Shown here piece after piece: positions 60,834 to 64,000 of a stretch of 64,000 nt of DNA; position 1 is the first letter of the stretch, and every line of letters starts with the position of its first letter. The notes beneath the pieces are model-generated. The model worked only from the letters and a program-made list of their open reading frames with translations. It was not told the DNA's origin and ran no database searches. The stretch covers positions 49,931 to 113,930 of the forward strand of contig JBDKJY010000002.1 of assembly GCA_039796295.1 (NCBI GenBank), given 5' to 3'. Made by a program: the position numbers and the translations under genes. This DNA comes from Verrucomicrobiota bacterium (GTDB lineage: Bacteria > Verrucomicrobiota > Verrucomicrobiia > Limisphaerales > SXTU01).

Positions 60834-62315
60834 ATGCACTGCCTTCGCCTCCTGCCCCTCATTGCGTCTTTGTTTATTCTTTGCGGCCCAGCAAATGCCG
60901 CCTCGAAGCCCAATGTTCTCTTCCTCGCCATTGATGATCAGAACGACTGGATCGGCTGCCTCGGCGGACATCCGCAAGTGCGGACTCCCCACATTGACCG
61001 CCTCGCTGCGCGCGGCACTCTCTTCACCAACGCGCATTGCCAAGCCCCGCTCTGCAATCCCTCGCGCACCAGCCTCCTCACCGGCCTCCGCCCCTCGTCC
61101 ACCGGGATTTACGGCCTCGCTCCCGGCCTCCGGGATGTGGCCGTGACCCGCGATCACGTCACGCTCCCGCAGACCTTCACGCGCGCCGGCTATTATACTT
61201 ATACCTGCGGGAAGATATATCATGATGGCTCGCTCAAGCCGAAGGACCGTGCGGTAGAGTTCAACGAATGGGGGCCAGCTCCAGGCATTGGCAAGCCCGC
61301 ACAACGGATCAATAAACTTACTCCCCCGCAGCACCCCGCTATGGACTGGGGTCCATTCCCTGAGAAAGACGAGGACGGCGGGGACTATAAGATTGCGACC
61401 GCTGCAATCGACGCCTTGAAAGCCGCTCCCGCCGACAAACCCTTCTTCATCAGCGCGGGCTTTCGCCTTCCCCACGTTCCCTGCTTCGCTCCCCCGAAGT
61501 GGTTTGACCTCTACCCCGACGCCACGCTCCAGATGCCGCCCGTCCGGCCCAATGACCGCGACGACACCCCGCGCTTCTCCTGGTATCTCCACTGGAAGCT
61601 CCCCGAACCCCGCCTCGTCACCTTGGAACGGCTCAACGAGTGGCGTCCCCTCGTCCGCGCCTATCTCGCCTGCATTAGTTATATGGACGACCAAGTCGGG
61701 CGCGTGCTCGATGCGCTCGACGCTTCGGGTCAAGCGAGCAACACCATCATCGTCCTCTGGAGTGACCACGGCTGGCACCTAGGCGAGAAGGGCATCACGG
61801 GGAAGAACACGCTTTGGGAGCGCAGCACCCGCGTGCCTCTGATCTTTGCCGGGCCGGGCATTGCCAAGGCGGCGAAGTGCGGCCGCCCCGCCGAGCTGCT
61901 GGACATTTTCCCCACGTTGCTAGAACTCGCGAACTTGCCCACCCGGCCCGATCTCGAAGGCCACAGCCTCGTCCCCCAACTCAAGAGCGCCACCGCCCCG
62001 CGCCCGTGGCCCGCCATCACCACCCACAACCAAGGCAACCACACCATCCGCACTGAGCAATGGCGTTACATCCGCTACGCCGACGGTTCCGAAGAACTCT
62101 ACGACCGCGACCGCGACCCGAACGAGTGGCACAACCTCGCCGCCGCCCCCGAACATCAGAAAACCAAGGCCGACCTCGCCCAATGGCTCCCGAAGAAAGA
62201 CCTTCCCCCCGCTCCCGGAAGCAAGCACCGCACCCTGACTTACGACTCCAAGACCCAAGTAGTTATCTGGGAAGACGAAGTCATCCCCCCCGCCGCGCCA
62301 GTTCCCATCTTCTGA
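60834..62315 (+). CDS. Sulfatase (iduronate/choline sulfatase-like)
   Basis: PNVLFLAIDD, CNPSRTSLLTG, SDHGWHLGEK. Confidence 0.92.
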   Translation: MHCLRLLPLIASLFILCGPANAASKPNVLFLAIDDQNDWIGCLGGHPQVRTPHIDRLAARGTLFTNAHCQAPLCNPSRTSLLTGLRPSSTGIYGLAPGLRDVAVTRDHVTLPQTFTRAGYYTYTCGKIYHDGSLKPKDRAVEFNEWGPAPGIGKPAQRINKLTPPQHPAMDWGPFPEKDEDGGDYKIATAAIDALKAAPADKPFFISAGFRLPHVPCFAPPKWFDLYPDATLQMPPVRPNDRDDTPRFSWYLHWKLPEPRLVTLERLNEWRPLVRAYLACISYMDDQVGRVLDALDASGQASNTIIVLWSDHGWHLGEKGITGKNTLWERSTRVPLIFAGPGIAKAAKCGRPAELLDIFPTLLELANLPTRPDLEGHSLVPQLKSATAPRPWPAITTHNQGNHTIRTEQWRYIRYADGSEELYDRDRDPNEWHNLAAAPEHQKTKADLAQWLPKKDLPPAPGSKHRTLTYDSKTQVVIWEDEVIPPAAPVPIF

Positions 62316-62349
62316 GCGGACTGGCCGCCAAAGTTGGAAAATGTCCCCC

Positions 62350-62648
62350 AAGGGAACGCTTTTGAGCGCCGGTCCGTCTTGGAAGTTTCCCAGTCCGTCT
62401 CTGACCAGCGCCAGTCCGCGACGGACAAGGGAACTTGCATCACCGACCAGCACCGGTCCGCGACGAACCGGGGAACTTCGTCGGCTGACAAAGGAACTTT
62501 GCCGGCTGACAAAGGAACTTTGCCGGCTGACCAAGGAACTTAACCGGCTGACCCAAGAACTTCCTCGTCTAACCAAGGAACTTCCTCGTCTAACCAAGGA
62601 ACTTTAGCGGCTGACCAAGGAACTTCAGCGGCTGACTTGGGAACTTAA
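62350..62648. repeat. 21-bp periodic tandem array, ~14 units of two types
   Basis: GAACTT at 62431, 62473, 62494 ... 62641 in exact 21-nt steps; CC(A/G)GTCC at 62369, 62390, 62411, 62453. Confidence 0.9.
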
Positions 62649-62816
62649 AACGCCCACCGGCGGCGGTCCCCCGCCGGATCGCACCAGTCAGCGATTTTGC
62701 CCTTGAATTTATACACAGAAAGGCAACCATACGCACATCCATAGCTGACCCGAAACACATCCATAACGGATGCCCGGGGACGACTGTGGCAATAATGACA
62801 GAAACTACACCGAGTT

Positions 62817-63431
62817 ATGGCTACCAATCGCGTCTCCCTCACGTTCACCCAGCTCCCCGACTCTGAACTCGACGAGTTCGCCACGGGAGTGATTGAAAGC
62901 ATGACCGGCAACACGTCGTTTACGACGCCCACGGTCAGCATGGCCACGCTGGGCACTGCTCGCACGAACTTCCAGAACACGATGGCCGCCATGGCGCAGG
63001 GCGGCACCGCCGCCACTGCCGCGAAGAACGCGGCCCGCGAGACTTTGCTTGGCCTGTTGCGCCAAGAAGCCAACTACGTGCAGGGCGCTGCCGATAACGA
63101 CCTCACCGTCCTGCTCTCCTCCGGCTTCTCCGCCGCGAGCACGAACCGGACACAGTCGCCCTTGGAGACTCCGAGCATCGTGAAGATTCTCAACGAGGCC
63201 AGCACGCAGCTTGTCCTGCGCGTCACGCCCATCACGAACGCGCGCGCTTACGAAATCCGCTACTACACCACCCCCGGCGCGTGGCAATCCGGCGGCATCT
63301 CCACCCAAGCCCGCCACATCGTGGTCGAAGGACTGACTCCCGGCACCACCTACACCCTGTCCGTGCGCGCCATCGGCGGCAGCACCGGCCACAGCGATTG
63401 GAGCGACCCCGTCTCGCACATGTGCATGTGA
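62817..63431 (+). CDS. Protein with N-terminal helical domain and C-terminal fibronectin type III domain, no signal peptide
   Basis: YEIRY...W...VEGLTPGTTYTLSVRAIG...SDWS. Confidence 0.85.
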   Translation: MATNRVSLTFTQLPDSELDEFATGVIESMTGNTSFTTPTVSMATLGTARTNFQNTMAAMAQGGTAATAAKNAARETLLGLLRQEANYVQGAADNDLTVLLSSGFSAASTNRTQSPLETPSIVKILNEASTQLVLRVTPITNARAYEIRYYTTPGAWQSGGISTQARHIVVEGLTPGTTYTLSVRAIGGSTGHSDWSDPVSHMCM

Positions 63432-63487
63432 GAGAGAGGGGAGGAAGTTTATAAGGAAAGCAGGCAGGCAGGAGAAGAAGACGCATG

Positions 63488-63980
63488 GTAGGGCGCGTCT
63501 GTCCCCAGCGCGCCGGTTGGGCGGACGGATGGTCCGGCGGCGCGCTGAGGACAGCGCGCCCTACCTTTGCGGTGGGCTGAAGTGAGCGATTCGTCTGGCG
63601 CGGGCTGCGATTCCCCTCTGTCAGCGGGAGAGAACCCACGGCCCAATATGACCTGAGAGTTCGGCCCTTGAACCGGGGCGGAGCGCCGAGCATTGCTCGG
63701 CTTTGAAGTGTCCTGACGGTCTAGCCGAGCAATGCTCGGCGCTCCGATAGATGGGCGGGGAAAGGATGAGGGAGAAAGGCCGCTTGCGCCAAAGCGGTGA
63801 TGGACAACTCAAGAACCTCGTTGCCGCTCTCCCTCACCACGGCCCTCTCCCGCTGGGCGAGGCAGGGCGACCGACCGCGTCTTTTGGATGAGGGAGCGCT
63901 ACCAGTGACGAGTGTTGTGCTGCATCTGCCCCTCGTTCGGACGGGCAAGGTAGGGCGCGTCTGTCCCCAGCGCGCCGGTT
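63488..63980. repeat. Cluster of REP-like elements
   Basis: gtagggcgcgtctgtccccagcgcgccggttgg at 63488 and 63950 with an inverted partner near 63537-63564; cggagcgccgagcattgctcggc / gccgagcaatgctcggcgctccg; BoxC-like ccctcacc..ccctctccc. Confidence 0.75.
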
Positions 63981-64000
63981 GGAAGTTCGGATGCCCCAGC

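Noticed and set aside
61920-62597. Minus-strand repeat ORF (SSLVRRG/SSFVSRQ)
   Set aside because: A by-product of the 21-bp array that runs antisense into the sulfatase; no support as a gene.
62350-62648. CRISPR or TIGR array interpretation of the 21-bp repeats
   Set aside because: Variable slots are only 3-4 nt, there are no unique spacers, and no cas or Nop-domain gene is nearby.

Overview
GC-rich bacterial chromosome segment, most likely Verrucomicrobiota/PVC. The inference rests on planctomycete-type cytochrome c/DUF1549 and DUF1592-DUF1552 genes, H-X9-DG prepilin-like proteins, an ECF sigma/FecR-LamG pair, sulfatases, rnhC, lpxI and mqnE. Most of the window is housekeeping and envelope genes, with many REP-like inverted repeats and 7-bp tandem arrays, several of them read in frame inside genes. 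The standout feature is an ~8.2 kb integrated phage-satellite-like element (28545-36805). It is bounded by a 43-bp direct repeat matching the 5' half of tRNA-Ser(GCT) rather than the usual 3' half. It encodes a tyrosine integrase, an orphan protein, an AlpA/Xis-like HTH, a P4-type primase-helicase and a candidate ori. Its second, putatively late operon has a wHTH protein, an S49 protease with a scaffold-like tail and two paralogous all-helical proteins, with no recognisable capsid, portal or terminase. Other oddities are a 21-bp periodic array upstream of an orphan helical+FnIII gene, a mini IS1380-like remnant, a frameshifted BSP peptidase and recurrent leaderless-type promoters. All family calls come from motif recognition by eye; no database searches were run.
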